Of a DNA stretch of 64,000 nt, positions 34,361 through 45,339 are shown one piece after another. Each line of letters begins with the position of its first letter. The first letter of the stretch is position 1. The position numbers and the translations under genes are program-made. The DNA comes from a candidate division FCPU426 bacterium (GTDB lineage Bacteria; Oederibacteriota; Muellerivitia; Muellerivitales; Muellerivitaceae), in assembly GCA_963796105.1 (NCBI GenBank), contig CAWCKJ010000008.1:128001-192000 (forward strand). The letters run 5' to 3'. Under the pieces are notes generated by a model. It was given only the letters and a program-made list of their open reading frames with translations. It searched no databases and was not told where the DNA came from.

Positions 34361-34899
34361 GGCATACCATCTCAGTTTTAGTCCATAACCACGCGGGGGT
34401 TCTTTCCCGGGTGTCTAATTTATTCTCTGCCAGGGGATACAATATCGACAGCCTGGTGGTTGGGGTGACAGATAATTCCAAAGTTTCCCGGATGACCATC
34501 GTGGTCAGGGGCGACGACCGGATTATCGACCAGGTGGAAAAGCAGTTGAATAAATTGGTGGATGTCATAAAGGTCCAGGATATGACCCATGAGGATTTTA
34601 TCACCCGGGATTTGACGTTGATTAAAGTCAAGGCGGAGGCGGCTTCCCGGACGCAGGTCATGGAAATCGTCCAATGTTTTGACGGGAAGATCGTGGATGT
34701 GGCGTTGAAGAGCTTTATTATTGAGGTGACCGGCAAGGAAAGCAAGATCAACGGGATAATCGAGCTTTTGAAGAATTACGGAATCATTGAAATGGTTCGC
34801 ACCGGCGAAGTCGCGATTTCCCGGGGGAAGCGGGTCCATGAAGAGGAAGAGAAAAAAGTAAAGGTGAAAGCCGGTAAAGCAGGCCAGTCGAATTTATAA
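34357..34899 (+). CDS. ilvN: Acetolactate synthase small subunit
   Basis: [29 protein letters not shown]. Confidence 0.96.
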   Translation: MRHTISVLVHNHAGVLSRVSNLFSARGYNIDSLVVGVTDNSKVSRMTIVVRGDDRIIDQVEKQLNKLVDVIKVQDMTHEDFITRDLTLIKVKAEAASRTQVMEIVQCFDGKIVDVALKSFIIEVTGKESKINGIIELLKNYGIIEMVRTGEVAISRGKRVHEEEEKKVKVKAGKAGQSNL

Positions 34900-34994
34900 A
34901 ATGTGTTTTAAAAAAGATGAGACGATTCTTCAATATTGTTGCGGCAGGGTTGAATAGCTTGATTCAAGATGTCAAAAAACGGGAGGAAGCGAAA

Positions 34995-35990
34995 ATGGCA
35001 AAGATTTATTACGAACAGGATGCGGATTTAAATGTTCTGAAGGGTAAAACGGTCGCTATCATTGGTTATGGAAACCAAGGGCGCAACCAGGCCTTGAATT
35101 TAAAGGATTCGGGGATATCCGTAATCATCGCCGAGAAATCCGAGAAGGCCATCCAACAGGCCAAGGAGGATGGAATCGCGGTTTATAACGCCAAGGAAGC
35201 GGCGGCCAAGGCCGATATCATTCAAATCCTCATCCAAGACGACCTTCAAGGGTCTCTCTACAAGAATGATATCCTCCCCTCGATGAAGGCGGGAAAAGCC
35301 TTGATGTTTTCCCATGGTTTCAATATTCATTTTGGGCAGATTGTGCCGCCGGCCGACGTGGACGTATTCATGATTGCCCCCAAAAGCCCCGGCCATTTGG
35401 TCCGCCGGACTTATTTGGACGGCAAGGGGGTTCCGGCCTTGGTGGCTGTATACCAAAACGCTTCTGGAAACGCTCTCAAATTGGCCTTGGCCTATGGCAA
35501 GGCGATCGGGGCTACCAGGGCGGGAATTTTGGAGACCACTTTCAAGGAGGAAACCGAAACCGACTTGTTCGGCGAACAAGTGGTTTTATGCGGGGGCTTG
35601 ACGGAATTGGTGCGGTCCGGTTTTGAGACCCTGGTAGCGGCTGGGTACCAGCCCGAGTCGGCTTATTTTGAATGCCTCCATGAGGTGAAGCTTATCGTGG
35701 ACCTCATGTACGAAAAGGGAATCAGCGGTATGAGGGACGCCATTTCAACGACCGCTAAATATGGGGATGTCACCCGGGGGCGCAGGATCATTAACGATAA
35801 TACCAGACATGAAATGCAGCGAATTCTCGCCGAGATCCAGTCGGGGTCCTTCGCGAGGGAATTCATCCTCGAGAACCTGGCGAACCGCCCGGTTTACAAC
35901 GCCTTATTAAAGAACGATTCACAGCATTTAATCGAGAAAGTCGGGGCCCAAGTCAGGAGCATGTTCAACTGGAGCAAAACTGAAAAATAA
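34995..35990 (+). CDS. ilvC: Ketol-acid reductoisomerase
   Basis: [25 protein letters not shown]; start moved to ATG 34995. Confidence 0.97.
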   Translation: MAKIYYEQDADLNVLKGKTVAIIGYGNQGRNQALNLKDSGISVIIAEKSEKAIQQAKEDGIAVYNAKEAAAKADIIQILIQDDLQGSLYKNDILPSMKAGKALMFSHGFNIHFGQIVPPADVDVFMIAPKSPGHLVRRTYLDGKGVPALVAVYQNASGNALKLALAYGKAIGATRAGILETTFKEETETDLFGEQVVLCGGLTELVRSGFETLVAAGYQPESAYFECLHEVKLIVDLMYEKGISGMRDAISTTAKYGDVTRGRRIINDNTRHEMQRILAEIQSGSFAREFILENLANRPVYNALLKNDSQHLIEKVGAQVRSMFNWSKTEK

Positions 35991-36658
35991 TGAGGCTGCC
36001 ATTCGTCAAAGAAACCTGGAGCATGGTTGTGCCAACTTTATTGGTTGGCATAGCCCTGCTCGGCTTGGGAAAATATTTTGGGGTGGGTTGGCTGTTATTC
36101 GCGGCTATATTGATTTTAGAGGCTGCGGTTTTGATGTTGAATTTTTTCAGGGATTTTGAGCGAAGTCCGAACCGTCAACTGGAAGCAAACGAGGTGATCA
36201 GTCCGGCGGATGGAAGGATCGTGGTTTTTGGGGAAGGGATAGAAATTTTTTACCTCAAAAAACGAGTCTTCCATATCGCCATATTCATGAATCCATTGAA
36301 CAACCATGTTCAACGGGCGCCCATGGATGGCAGGGTGATAAAAAAAGTTTACCACCCGGGAGAGTTCCTGGCAGCTTATGACGACAAGGCCGACTTGAAA
36401 AATGAGCAGGCTCATTTGGTGCTGGAGACATCGGGACGAAAGAAAATAAAGATAGTCCTCAAACAGATCGCCGGTTTTTTGTGTCGGAGGGTGAAGACCG
36501 ATGTCGAGGTTGGAGAGAACCTCAAGCGTGGAGGGCGGTTTGGGCGGATCCTCCTCGGATCAAGGGTAGACTTGTTTTTGCCGTTGGAATTTATACCAGC
36601 CGTTAAGCTGGGAGACCAGGTCATGGCTGGAATGACAGTTTTAGGAAAAATAAAATGA
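35990..36658 (+). CDS. psd: Phosphatidylserine decarboxylase (short type)
   Basis: FFRD, SPADG, IFMNPLNNH, QIAG, GSRVD cleavage motif. Confidence 0.92.
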   Translation: MRLPFVKETWSMVVPTLLVGIALLGLGKYFGVGWLLFAAILILEAAVLMLNFFRDFERSPNRQLEANEVISPADGRIVVFGEGIEIFYLKKRVFHIAIFMNPLNNHVQRAPMDGRVIKKVYHPGEFLAAYDDKADLKNEQAHLVLETSGRKKIKIVLKQIAGFLCRRVKTDVEVGENLKRGGRFGRILLGSRVDLFLPLEFIPAVKLGDQVMAGMTVLGKIK

Positions 36659-37557
36659 GAATAGTCAAATTCAAACCTTATGCCTCCAGCGTGGAACGGC
36701 CGGCTTCCTCCAGGCTCCGGAAAAGCATTTACCTGCTCCCGAACCTGTTTACCGCAGTCAACATGGTTTTGGGGATCCTCGCGATCATCTTCTCTATCAA
36801 TGATTCCCTTACGCTTTCCTTGGCCGCTGAAACCAAGGTGATCCCTTTTGTTTTGCCGGCCAAGCTCATCATCATCGCGGCTTTCGCCGACTTTTTCGAC
36901 GGTTTGGTGGCCAGGGCGACCGGGACCACCTCCAAGTTCGGCATGGAGTTCGACAGCTTGTCGGACTTGATCAGTTTCGGGATGGCTCCGGCCCTCTTGA
37001 TCTACCTTTCCGTTTTAAGGTACCACTCGGTCTGGGGCTTGGCCATCACGGCGCTTTATGTGGTTTGCGCGGCGATCCGCTTGGCGCGCTTTAATGTCCA
37101 GGCCCAAGTGGAGGAAAAATTGCATTTCATGGGCTTGCCGAGCCCCGCCGCGGCGGGCTGTCTGGCCAGTTACGTCCTGCTTTCCCGTTGGCCGGGTTTT
37201 TACGGAAAAGACATTATCTTGAATAAAGTGATGGGGTGGTACGAGGAGAACATGAACTTTGTCGAGCTTTACATCATTCCCATCATGACGATTGTGATCG
37301 CCCTTGTCATGGTTTCCACCATCAGCTACCCAAGCCTGAAGAAGCTGAAATTGGAAACGGTCAAGCCTTGGACCTTCGCTTTCATAATCCTTTCCCTGTT
37401 TTTGCTGATCTACGCGGCGGAGTTTACGGCCTTTATTCTTCTGACTTTTTACCTTTTATGGGGAATAGCGCTGGCCCTGACCAAAAAAAGCGTAGAGAAG
37501 ATAAAAAAAAGAAAAACCGTTAGTCCGCAAAATATAACCACCATTGATCGGATTTAG
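36655..37557 (+). CDS. pssA: CDP-diacylglycerol--serine O-phosphatidyltransferase
   Basis: LPNLFT, DFFDGLVAR...G.EFDSLSD, RLARFN, F.GLPSP. Confidence 0.93.
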   Translation: MRIVKFKPYASSVERPASSRLRKSIYLLPNLFTAVNMVLGILAIIFSINDSLTLSLAAETKVIPFVLPAKLIIIAAFADFFDGLVARATGTTSKFGMEFDSLSDLISFGMAPALLIYLSVLRYHSVWGLAITALYVVCAAIRLARFNVQAQVEEKLHFMGLPSPAAAGCLASYVLLSRWPGFYGKDIILNKVMGWYEENMNFVELYIIPIMTIVIALVMVSTISYPSLKKLKLETVKPWTFAFIILSLFLLIYAAEFTAFILLTFYLLWGIALALTKKSVEKIKKRKTVSPQNITTIDRI

Positions 37558-37571
37558 ACGAGGAGAAACGA

Positions 37572-39149
37572 ATGAGACCAAAACCCAGTTTCAACAAGAA
37601 AGAAAAAATTTACATCTTTGACACGACCCTCAGAGATGGCGAGCAGGCTCCCGGGGCCAGCCTCAATACGGATGAGAAAATGAAGGTGGCAGTCCAATTG
37701 GAGAAACTCGGAGTGGATATCATAGAGGCCGGTTTTCCCGCGGCCTCGCCGGGGGATTTTGAGGCGGTCCGGAAAATCGCGAAAAGCCTCCAAAAAACCA
37801 TTGTCGCGGGGTTGGCTCGGGCGATTAAAAAGGACATCGAAGCCTGCGCCAAGGCCATCAAGCCAGCCAAGCGTGGGAGGATCCATACCTTCATCTCCTC
37901 CTCGGATATTCACCTCAAGTACCAATTCCGCAAGACCCGGGAAGAGGCTCTTCAGGCCGCCATTGACTCGGTGAAACTCGCGCGCCGTTACGCGGAAGAC
38001 GTCGAGTTCTCCGCCATGGACGCCACACGCTCGGATTTGGATTATCTCTGCCGGATGATTGAGATGGCCATCAAACACGGCGCCAGAACCGTGAACATTC
38101 CTGATACCGTCGGCTATATCGTCCCGGACGAGTTCGGGAAGGTTATCGGCTACATTCGAAACAAAGTGCCCAATATTGACAAAGCCGTCATTTCGGTCCA
38201 TTGCCACAATGACCTGGGCCTATCAGTGGCTAATTCCATCAGCGCCATCCAGAACGGAGCGCGCCAAGTGGAGTGCACGATCAACGGGATCGGCGAAAGG
38301 GCCGGGAACGCCAGCATGGAAGAAATCGTGATGATCCTAAAAACCCGCCCCGACAAGTTCCAGTTTTACACCGGCGTCGATACCACCCAGATCTATAAGA
38401 CCAGCAGGCTCGTTTCAACCCTGACTGGTTTCATGATCCAGCCCAACAAGGCCATCGTGGGAAGCAACGCTTTCGCCCACGAGAGCGGCATCCACCAGGA
38501 CGGCATGCTCAAGTACCGCCAGACTTACGAGATCATGACCCCGCAATCCATCGGCATCCCCTCCAGCAGTTTGGTGATGGGGAAGCATTCCGGGCGCCAT
38601 GCCTTCAAGAAAAGGCTGGAGGAACTGGGCTATCCCCTCACCGACGCGGTCTTGGAAAATCTTTTCGAGAAATTCAAGGAACTCGCGGACAAGAAAAAGA
38701 GCGTTTATGACGAGGACATCGAGGCCCTGGTCGAGGAAAAGATCGCCTCATCCCAGGAAATATACCAGCTGATTTATCTCCACACCTCAGCCGGTTCCAC
38801 GACCCTGCCCACAGCCACTTTGAAGTTAAAGAAAGGCGAGGTTGAGACCCAGGAAGCCGCTACGGGGGACGGGCCGGTGGACGCGGTTTTCAACGCCATC
38901 GACCGGATCACGGGTTTCAAGGGAAAACTGGAAAACTACAGTTTGAAGGCCTTGACCCAGGGCAGGGACGCCCAGGGGGAAGTGACCGTCTGCCTCGCCG
39001 TCAACGGGGACGAGGCGAATGGGCGAGGAGTCTCCACCGACGTCATTGAGGCTTCCGCAAAAGCTTACTTGAACGGCGTGAATAAACTTCTTTTAAAACA
39101 CAACAAAAAGAGCGCTAAAGCGGCCTTCACCGCCATCAAAGGCATTTAA
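37572..39149 (+). CDS. leuA: 2-isopropylmalate synthase
   Basis: FDTTLRDGEQ, HCHNDLG, GERAGN, HESGIHQDG. Confidence 0.96.
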   Translation: MRPKPSFNKKEKIYIFDTTLRDGEQAPGASLNTDEKMKVAVQLEKLGVDIIEAGFPAASPGDFEAVRKIAKSLQKTIVAGLARAIKKDIEACAKAIKPAKRGRIHTFISSSDIHLKYQFRKTREEALQAAIDSVKLARRYAEDVEFSAMDATRSDLDYLCRMIEMAIKHGARTVNIPDTVGYIVPDEFGKVIGYIRNKVPNIDKAVISVHCHNDLGLSVANSISAIQNGARQVECTINGIGERAGNASMEEIVMILKTRPDKFQFYTGVDTTQIYKTSRLVSTLTGFMIQPNKAIVGSNAFAHESGIHQDGMLKYRQTYEIMTPQSIGIPSSSLVMGKHSGRHAFKKRLEELGYPLTDAVLENLFEKFKELADKKKSVYDEDIEALVEEKIASSQEIYQLIYLHTSAGSTTLPTATLKLKKGEVETQEAATGDGPVDAVFNAIDRITGFKGKLENYSLKALTQGRDAQGEVTVCLAVNGDEANGRGVSTDVIEASAKAYLNGVNKLLLKHNKKSAKAAFTAIKGI

Positions 39150-39188
39150 CTTAACTGACGGCTCAGGGCCGTTGAAAGGGTATGCTCC

Positions 39189-40258
39189 TTGAACTTTCAT
39201 ATCGTCGTTCTAGCCGGGGACGGAATCGGTCCTGAAATATGCCGGGAATCCATGAAAGTGTTGGACCGGGTGGGGGAGGTATTCGGCCACAAATTCGAGT
39301 TTGAGCCGCAGGACGCGGGTGGCGCGGCCATTGACAAGTTCAACACGCCGCTTCCCGACCACACACTCAAAGCCTGCCAGGGGGCTCACGCGGTCCTGAA
39401 GGCGCCCATGGGCGGGCCGAAATGGGACAAGCTCGAGAATAAAAAGAGGCCTGAGGCGGGGATCTTGGGGCTTCGAAAAGGCCTGGACTTGTACGCCAAC
39501 CTCCGGCCCGTCAAACTTTTCAACTCGCTCAAACAAGCCTCCACCTTAAAGACCGAGGTCATCGACGGGGTGGATATGCTCATTGTCCGGGAACTGATAT
39601 CAGGCATTTATTTCGGCGAGCCCAGGGGATCTTCGGGGAAGGGAAGGAAAGATTCGGAGTCAATACTGAAATCTACCGGACATCCGAGGTGGAAAGAATC
39701 GCGGAACTGGCTTTTGAGCTAGCGAAGTTAAGACGCAAAAAAGTCACCAGCGTGGACAAGTTCAATGTCCTGGAATCCTCGCGGCTTTGGCACGACGTGG
39801 TGGATGAAACGGCTAAAAAACATCCCGAAGTGGCGTTTGAGCACCAACTTGTGGACAACGCGGCCATGCAGTTGATCCTCAACCCGAAGCAGTTCGATGT
39901 TTTGGTCACAACCAATATGTTCGGGGATATTCTCTCCGACGAGGCATCCATGCTGACCGGTTCTTTGGGAATGCTTCCATCCGCCTCCCTGGGCGGAAAA
40001 GTCGGCCTATACGAGCCCTCTCATGGGTCGGCCCCTGATATCGCCGGGACGGGGAAAGCCAATCCCTTGGCCATGATTCTATCGATCGGCATGATGCTCA
40101 AGTATAGTTTCCATCTTTTGAAGGAGTCCGCGGCGGTTGAGAACGCTGTTGAAAGGGTCCTGGGCCAGGGATATCACACGGCGGATTTGGCTAAAAAGGG
40201 GGAAAAAGCATCCTCTTGTTCGGAAATGGGCGATTTAATATCGAAAGAAATAAAATAA
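39189..40258 (+). CDS. leuB: 3-isopropylmalate dehydrogenase, split by one missing G at 39625-39628
   Basis: [32 protein letters not shown]; adding one G gives [21 protein letters not shown] and joins both ORFs. Confidence 0.9.
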
Positions 40259-40355
40259 CCTGTTTGGAGTAAGGTGTTTAGTTGACATTGGCTCGATGTA
40301 TTCAAAAGATACGCGAAGGTTTTAAAAAACTCATGTTTTTTCGGAAGATTTCCAT

Positions 40356-40985
40356 TTGAAATTCAGGATATTAACATTCAGTTTCCTTTTTATGAATTCG
40401 TTATTTTCTTATTGCCAAGTTTTGACACCCACCACTCCCCAGGCCGTATCCACCACCCCTAATTTTCAGCCCTCAACCACTTTGACTCCCACCTCCACCC
40501 CGACGCTTTCCCTGACGCCCACCGCGACTTCAACCCATACCCCCACGGGAACACTTTCCCCTTCCTTGACGCCGACCCCCACCGCGACCATTACCAAAAC
40601 TCCCACCATCACCCCGACCAAAACCATCACTTCCAGCCCTACCCCCACCATTACCTCAACGCCAACAGCCACGCCCGGGATATTTAAATTCTCCGTTTCA
40701 CCCAAACCTGACGATGCGGGGCTGGTGAAATTCATGTGGGGGGTGAACATTCCCGTCGAAAGAGCCTTTATAAAGATCTATACCTCGGGATTCAGGATCA
40801 TTAAAGGTTACGAGTTCAACAAAAAGGAAAAACCGGAATACTTGACGTCCGGATACCACGAATTTTCATGGGATGCTAAGGACGAGGAAGGAAGGCTCCT
40901 GCCTCCGGGAGTCTATCTTTGTTTTATTGATTTGCCGGTCGGTAAGAAGCGGTATGAAGCCAGCGGCAAGACCGAAATCCAGTAG
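40356..40985 (+). CDS. Secreted Thr/Pro-rich protein with C-terminal FlgD-Ig-like domain
   Basis: Signal-like N-terminus, TPT linker, IKIYT..FR...WDAKD..G..LPPGVY. Confidence 0.75.
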   Translation: MKFRILTFSFLFMNSLFSYCQVLTPTTPQAVSTTPNFQPSTTLTPTSTPTLSLTPTATSTHTPTGTLSPSLTPTPTATITKTPTITPTKTITSSPTPTITSTPTATPGIFKFSVSPKPDDAGLVKFMWGVNIPVERAFIKIYTSGFRIIKGYEFNKKEKPEYLTSGYHEFSWDAKDEEGRLLPPGVYLCFIDLPVGKKRYEASGKTEIQ

Positions 40986-41103
40986 TTGGACATATCGTGG
41001 ATTGGGTACGCGCAAAAGGCCTTCAGGCATTGAAACTGCATATAAATATGATATTCTTTCATTCCCCAGATTCAAATATTTCGAGTTTTAAAGAGGTCCT
41101 TTG

Positions 41104-42183
41104 ATGAAAAAGAAAAAAATCGCGGTGGTTGGGGCGACTGGTGTTGCCGGCCAGCAATTTTTAGCCTCCCTCCCGGATCATCCCTACTTTCAAGTGGTGG
41201 CGTTAGCGGCTTCCGAGCGTTCGGCAGGAAAACTATTCAAGGACGCGATCACCGACGCCTCGGGCGCTTTCCGGTGGTACTGCCAGGACCCCCTCGATCC
41301 CATCTTCGCGAAAATCATGGTTGAGGACGCCTCGAAATTGGACGCCTCCAAGGTGGATTTGATTTTTACCGCGGTGGAATCGGACGCGGCCAAGGATCTG
41401 GAACCACGCTACGCTAAAACCACCCCTGTTGTTTCCACCGCCTCGGCCTACCGCTATGAGAACGATGTTCCCATTTTCATCCCCGGTGTCAACCTGGACC
41501 ATGACAAGCTCATCCCAGTTCAAAAAAAGAACCGGGGCTGGAAAGGGTTCATCACACCGGTTCCTAACTGCACAACCACCGGCTTGGCCATGACCTTGAA
41601 GCCCCTCCATGAGGCCTTCGGGATCCAGCAGGTTTTGATGACCTCCATGCAGGCCTGCTCCGGGGCGGGGAGATCCCCCGGAGTCCTCGGGTTGGATATC
41701 CTTGATAACGTCATTCCCTATATTCCCAAGGAAGAGGAGAAGGTCGAGAAGGAAACCCAGAAAATCCTGGGCACCATCAAGGGCGGGGAGGTGTCGCCGG
41801 CTCCTTTTCCCGTTTCCGCCACCTGCACCAGGGTCCCCGTGTTGGAGGCCCATACCGAGGCTGTTTATGTCTCGCTGAAAAAGAAGGTCTCCTTAGGGGA
41901 TGTGAAATCGGCCCTGAGCGGGTTCGGCAAGGCTTTTATCTCCTTAAAATTGCCTTCCTGCCCAAAACGGCTCATCGAAGTGACCGAGGACCCTTTCCGC
42001 CCCCAGCCGAGGCTCGACCGGGACAAGGAGGGAGGAATGCTGACCACTGTTGGAAGGGTTCGGGCCGATCATGCCCTGCCAAACGGTTATAAATACGTTC
42101 TGGTGTCGCATAACACTAAAATGGGAGCGGCCAAAGGCGGTATATTGGTGGCGGAATATTTGAACCAGAAGGGTTTTATTTAA
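41104..42183 (+). CDS. asd: Aspartate-semialdehyde dehydrogenase
   Basis: VVGATG, PNCTT, QACSGAG, TCTRVPV, SHN. Confidence 0.93.
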   Translation: MKKKKIAVVGATGVAGQQFLASLPDHPYFQVVALAASERSAGKLFKDAITDASGAFRWYCQDPLDPIFAKIMVEDASKLDASKVDLIFTAVESDAAKDLEPRYAKTTPVVSTASAYRYENDVPIFIPGVNLDHDKLIPVQKKNRGWKGFITPVPNCTTTGLAMTLKPLHEAFGIQQVLMTSMQACSGAGRSPGVLGLDILDNVIPYIPKEEEKVEKETQKILGTIKGGEVSPAPFPVSATCTRVPVLEAHTEAVYVSLKKKVSLGDVKSALSGFGKAFISLKLPSCPKRLIEVTEDPFRPQPRLDRDKEGGMLTTVGRVRADHALPNGYKYVLVSHNTKMGAAKGGILVAEYLNQKGFI

Positions 42184-42352
42184 TCAAGGCCTTCCGGAAG
42201 CGGCGTTAGACGTCTAAAAAGTGATTGGTTTAAAGATAGATGGGGCATCGAAATACATTTAAACGAAGATTCCCTTGGAAAAACTCGGAATATTTTGTGT
42301 GTCCGCCGTTTTTACCTTTTAAAATGAAGATTTAACTGAAACTTAAAAGGAC

Positions 42353-44554
42353 GTGATGATGTTTATTCCGTTTGGGTTGTTATTTACCGTTTTCTTTTTC
42401 TACCTGCGCACCCATTGCGGGACATTCAATATCAACGATTCCGGCGAAACCATCATGGTCTGCGACCTGTTGACCATCAGCCATTCGCCCGGATACCCAC
42501 TGCACGCCCTCTGGGGAAGGGTGAACTGCCTTCTGCCCCTGGGAAAGCCTATGCTCCGGGTCACCTTCGCTTCCGTCGTTACCGGGACCTTGTCCGTGGT
42601 TGTCGTCTATCACATCTTGAAAATGATGCTGAAGGAAATCTTCAGCCCGACGGATCCGGTTGACGGGACCGTCAAGGAAAACAAATCGGGGCCTTGGATC
42701 TGGGAAATTCCCTCCTTGTTCGGCGCCTTGATCTTCGCCTTCTCCTACCAGCAATGGTTCCAGGCCTGCGGGGCCAAGGGCGGTATCTATACGCTCAATA
42801 CCTGCATCTCAGTCAGCGTGATATTCTTTTTATTCAAAATGAGGGAAAACGGGAAGTTCATCAAGTCCTTCCTCGTGATGGCTTTCGTTTACGGGCTGGG
42901 CCTGGCAAACCATTATCATGACCAGCTCGCACTGACTCCCGGTTACTTGATCCTTTTCATGGCTGCCCAGCGGCGCGTGCCGATCAAGAAAATATTGGGG
43001 TCACTCCTGAGGCCCTTTGACTTCACGGAGAATATGCTCAACATATTGTCCGCCCTTGGCACGGTGAACTTGATCCGAGCGGGTTGTTTTGCCTTTTTAC
43101 CAGCGTCCGTTTACATTTACCTCCCGCTCAGGGCTATCCAGAATCCGGTGGTGAATTGGTGGAATCCCAATAACTTCGAGAGGCTTTGGGGCACCTTTGT
43201 CCGAAAAGGCTATGAGAACATCGGCGATGTCGCCCATCCCTGGGATTCCTTCGTCCGCAACGTCAAACGGTATTTCTTCCACGCCCAGGACCAGTTTGGC
43301 TCCGTTTTCACCTATCTAGTGGTTCTTTTGCTCATCTTGGGAATTATCTGGCTGTTTAAACGGCAAAGGGCGAGTCTGGCGAGTTTCTTGACGATGGCTT
43401 TTTGCATTCTGATGGCCGTATGGCTCTATTGCAAACCCCTGGAAGGCTACCAATGGACCCTGGATAACTTCTTCACCACGGTTTTCCTGATGGAATCCAT
43501 ACTGGCCGCGGCTGGGTTCGCGGCGATCTTCGAATGGGTGACTAGGGAATGGACCCACAGGCTGATTCCTGTCTTCTTAGGGGCATTATGCCTTGGGTTC
43601 GGCTTCATGCCCTTGGAGCTGAACTATCCCGTCAGCGACCAATGCCGCTATATCAGCTCTTATGACGAGGGAATCAACATGCTCAAGTCCGTCAACCGGA
43701 CAGGGGTCATTCTTTGCAACGGCGATATCGACATCCTTCCACTCTGGTACCTCCAATTCGTGGAGAACAAGCGCACCGAGGTGGCCTCCTTCACCATGCA
43801 GTTGATCCCTTATGATTGGTACAGGAATCCCTTGTTCGAGCGCTGGCCTTTCCTCAAGGTACCGATGAGGCGGGATATTTACGGGCACGAGGACATCCGT
43901 CCCGAGACGGTCGTTCAGGATATCATCGACCAGCACGCCGAGGATCGGTCCTTTTATTTCACGAACATCTATACCGCCCCCTGGATGAGGGAGAAGAATC
44001 CCTCCGTGCCGGAGGGGTTCTTATGGAGGATTGTCAAGACCAAGGACCTGAGTTACGCCTTCTCCTCGGACCGGCTGAACAAGACTTGGTCCACCTACCG
44101 CTTAAGGAACATGAACGCTCCCGACAGGGGTTATTGGGACGAATACACCGATGTCATGAAGGATTCCTACGGCATCGGCTACGATTTCACGGGTTATTTC
44201 GCCTTGATGAACAAGATGCCGGACTTGGCCCTCTGGAGCTTTGGAAACGCCTTGAACTACCGCCAGTCCCAGACCTTGTCCCGGATATACTTGATGCTGG
44301 GCGAAACCTATTACAACATGGGCAATTGGCAGTCCGCAGTCAACAGCTACCAGGACTCCATCAAAAGGGATTCTCGGAACCCCTACGCTTTCGCTCGAAT
44401 GGGAGATTGCTACCGCATGATCAACGATTATAACGACGCGGAGCAGGCCTACCGCGCGTCCTTGTCCATGAACCCCCAGCAAAAGGAAGCCCAGGACGGT
44501 CTGCAGTTGTTAAGCCAATCCGCGACCTATGGGGAGCCTGGCCACAAACCGTGA
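42353..44554 (+). CDS. DUF2723/TMEM260-like membrane glycosyltransferase with C-terminal TPRs
   Basis: DSGE...ISHSPGYPL, GLGLANH, YLPLRA.QNP.VNW.NP, many TM helices, TPRs. Confidence 0.78.
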   Translation: MMMFIPFGLLFTVFFFYLRTHCGTFNINDSGETIMVCDLLTISHSPGYPLHALWGRVNCLLPLGKPMLRVTFASVVTGTLSVVVVYHILKMMLKEIFSPTDPVDGTVKENKSGPWIWEIPSLFGALIFAFSYQQWFQACGAKGGIYTLNTCISVSVIFFLFKMRENGKFIKSFLVMAFVYGLGLANHYHDQLALTPGYLILFMAAQRRVPIKKILGSLLRPFDFTENMLNILSALGTVNLIRAGCFAFLPASVYIYLPLRAIQNPVVNWWNPNNFERLWGTFVRKGYENIGDVAHPWDSFVRNVKRYFFHAQDQFGSVFTYLVVLLLILGIIWLFKRQRASLASFLTMAFCILMAVWLYCKPLEGYQWTLDNFFTTVFLMESILAAAGFAAIFEWVTREWTHRLIPVFLGALCLGFGFMPLELNYPVSDQCRYISSYDEGINMLKSVNRTGVILCNGDIDILPLWYLQFVENKRTEVASFTMQLIPYDWYRNPLFERWPFLKVPMRRDIYGHEDIRPETVVQDIIDQHAEDRSFYFTNIYTAPWMREKNPSVPEGFLWRIVKTKDLSYAFSSDRLNKTWSTYRLRNMNAPDRGYWDEYTDVMKDSYGIGYDFTGYFALMNKMPDLALWSFGNALNYRQSQTLSRIYLMLGETYYNMGNWQSAVNSYQDSIKRDSRNPYAFARMGDCYRMINDYNDAEQAYRASLSMNPQQKEAQDGLQLLSQSATYGEPGHKP

Positions 44555-45339
44555 GGATGAAAAACATCCGCTTGACGGTGGAGTATGACGGGACCGCCTA
44601 TGCCGGGTGGCAGAAGCAGGCCCAATCCCCGACGCTCCAAAGCACCCTCGAGGAGCGTCTCCGGAAAGTTTGCGGCCATCCCCTGGACCTTCTGGTGGCG
44701 GGTAGAACCGATTCCGGGGTCCATGCCCTGGGCCAAACAGCCAATTTCCATACTTCCTCCGCCCTGCCGGTCCAAAGGATCCATACGGTCCTCAACCAGC
44801 TTTTACCCCATGACATAAGGATCGTGTCGGCCAAGGAGGTTCCCGAGACCTTTCACGCGACTTTCCACGCCAAGGCTAGGCTTTACCGGTATGTCATAAG
44901 GAATTCCGCCGATTACACGGTGTTTGACCGCAATACCTACCATCATGTCCGTCCCCTTTTGGATGTCCAGGCCATGGCGAGAGCCGGCAGGGAATTGCAG
45001 GGAGAGCACGATTTCACCGCCTTCCGGGGAACCTTGGGGAAAAGGGCCAATCCCAGGAGAAATCTGATCAAGGTGACGGTTAAGAAAAAAGGTCACGATA
45101 TATTTATGGAGTACCTGGGCGAATCCTTCCTGCACCAAATGGTGAGGATCCTCAGCGGCACCCTCCTTTACGTGGGCCTGGGAAAGTTCAAGCCCGAGGA
45201 CATGAAATCGATCCTTCTATCCAGGGACAGGAAAAAGGCGGGACCCACTTTGCCCCCGAACGGTTTATTCCTGGTCAAGGTTTTTTACCCTAGGGTATTC
45301 CCGGAAGTGAAAAGATGGGGAAAGAAGGAAGTGGAGTGA
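44551..45339 (+). CDS. truA: tRNA pseudouridine(38-40) synthase
   Basis: YDGTAYAGWQ, AGRTDSGVHALGQ, FLHQMVR. Confidence 0.96.
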   Translation: MRMKNIRLTVEYDGTAYAGWQKQAQSPTLQSTLEERLRKVCGHPLDLLVAGRTDSGVHALGQTANFHTSSALPVQRIHTVLNQLLPHDIRIVSAKEVPETFHATFHAKARLYRYVIRNSADYTVFDRNTYHHVRPLLDVQAMARAGRELQGEHDFTAFRGTLGKRANPRRNLIKVTVKKKGHDIFMEYLGESFLHQMVRILSGTLLYVGLGKFKPEDMKSILLSRDRKKAGPTLPPNGLFLVKVFYPRVFPEVKRWGKKEVE

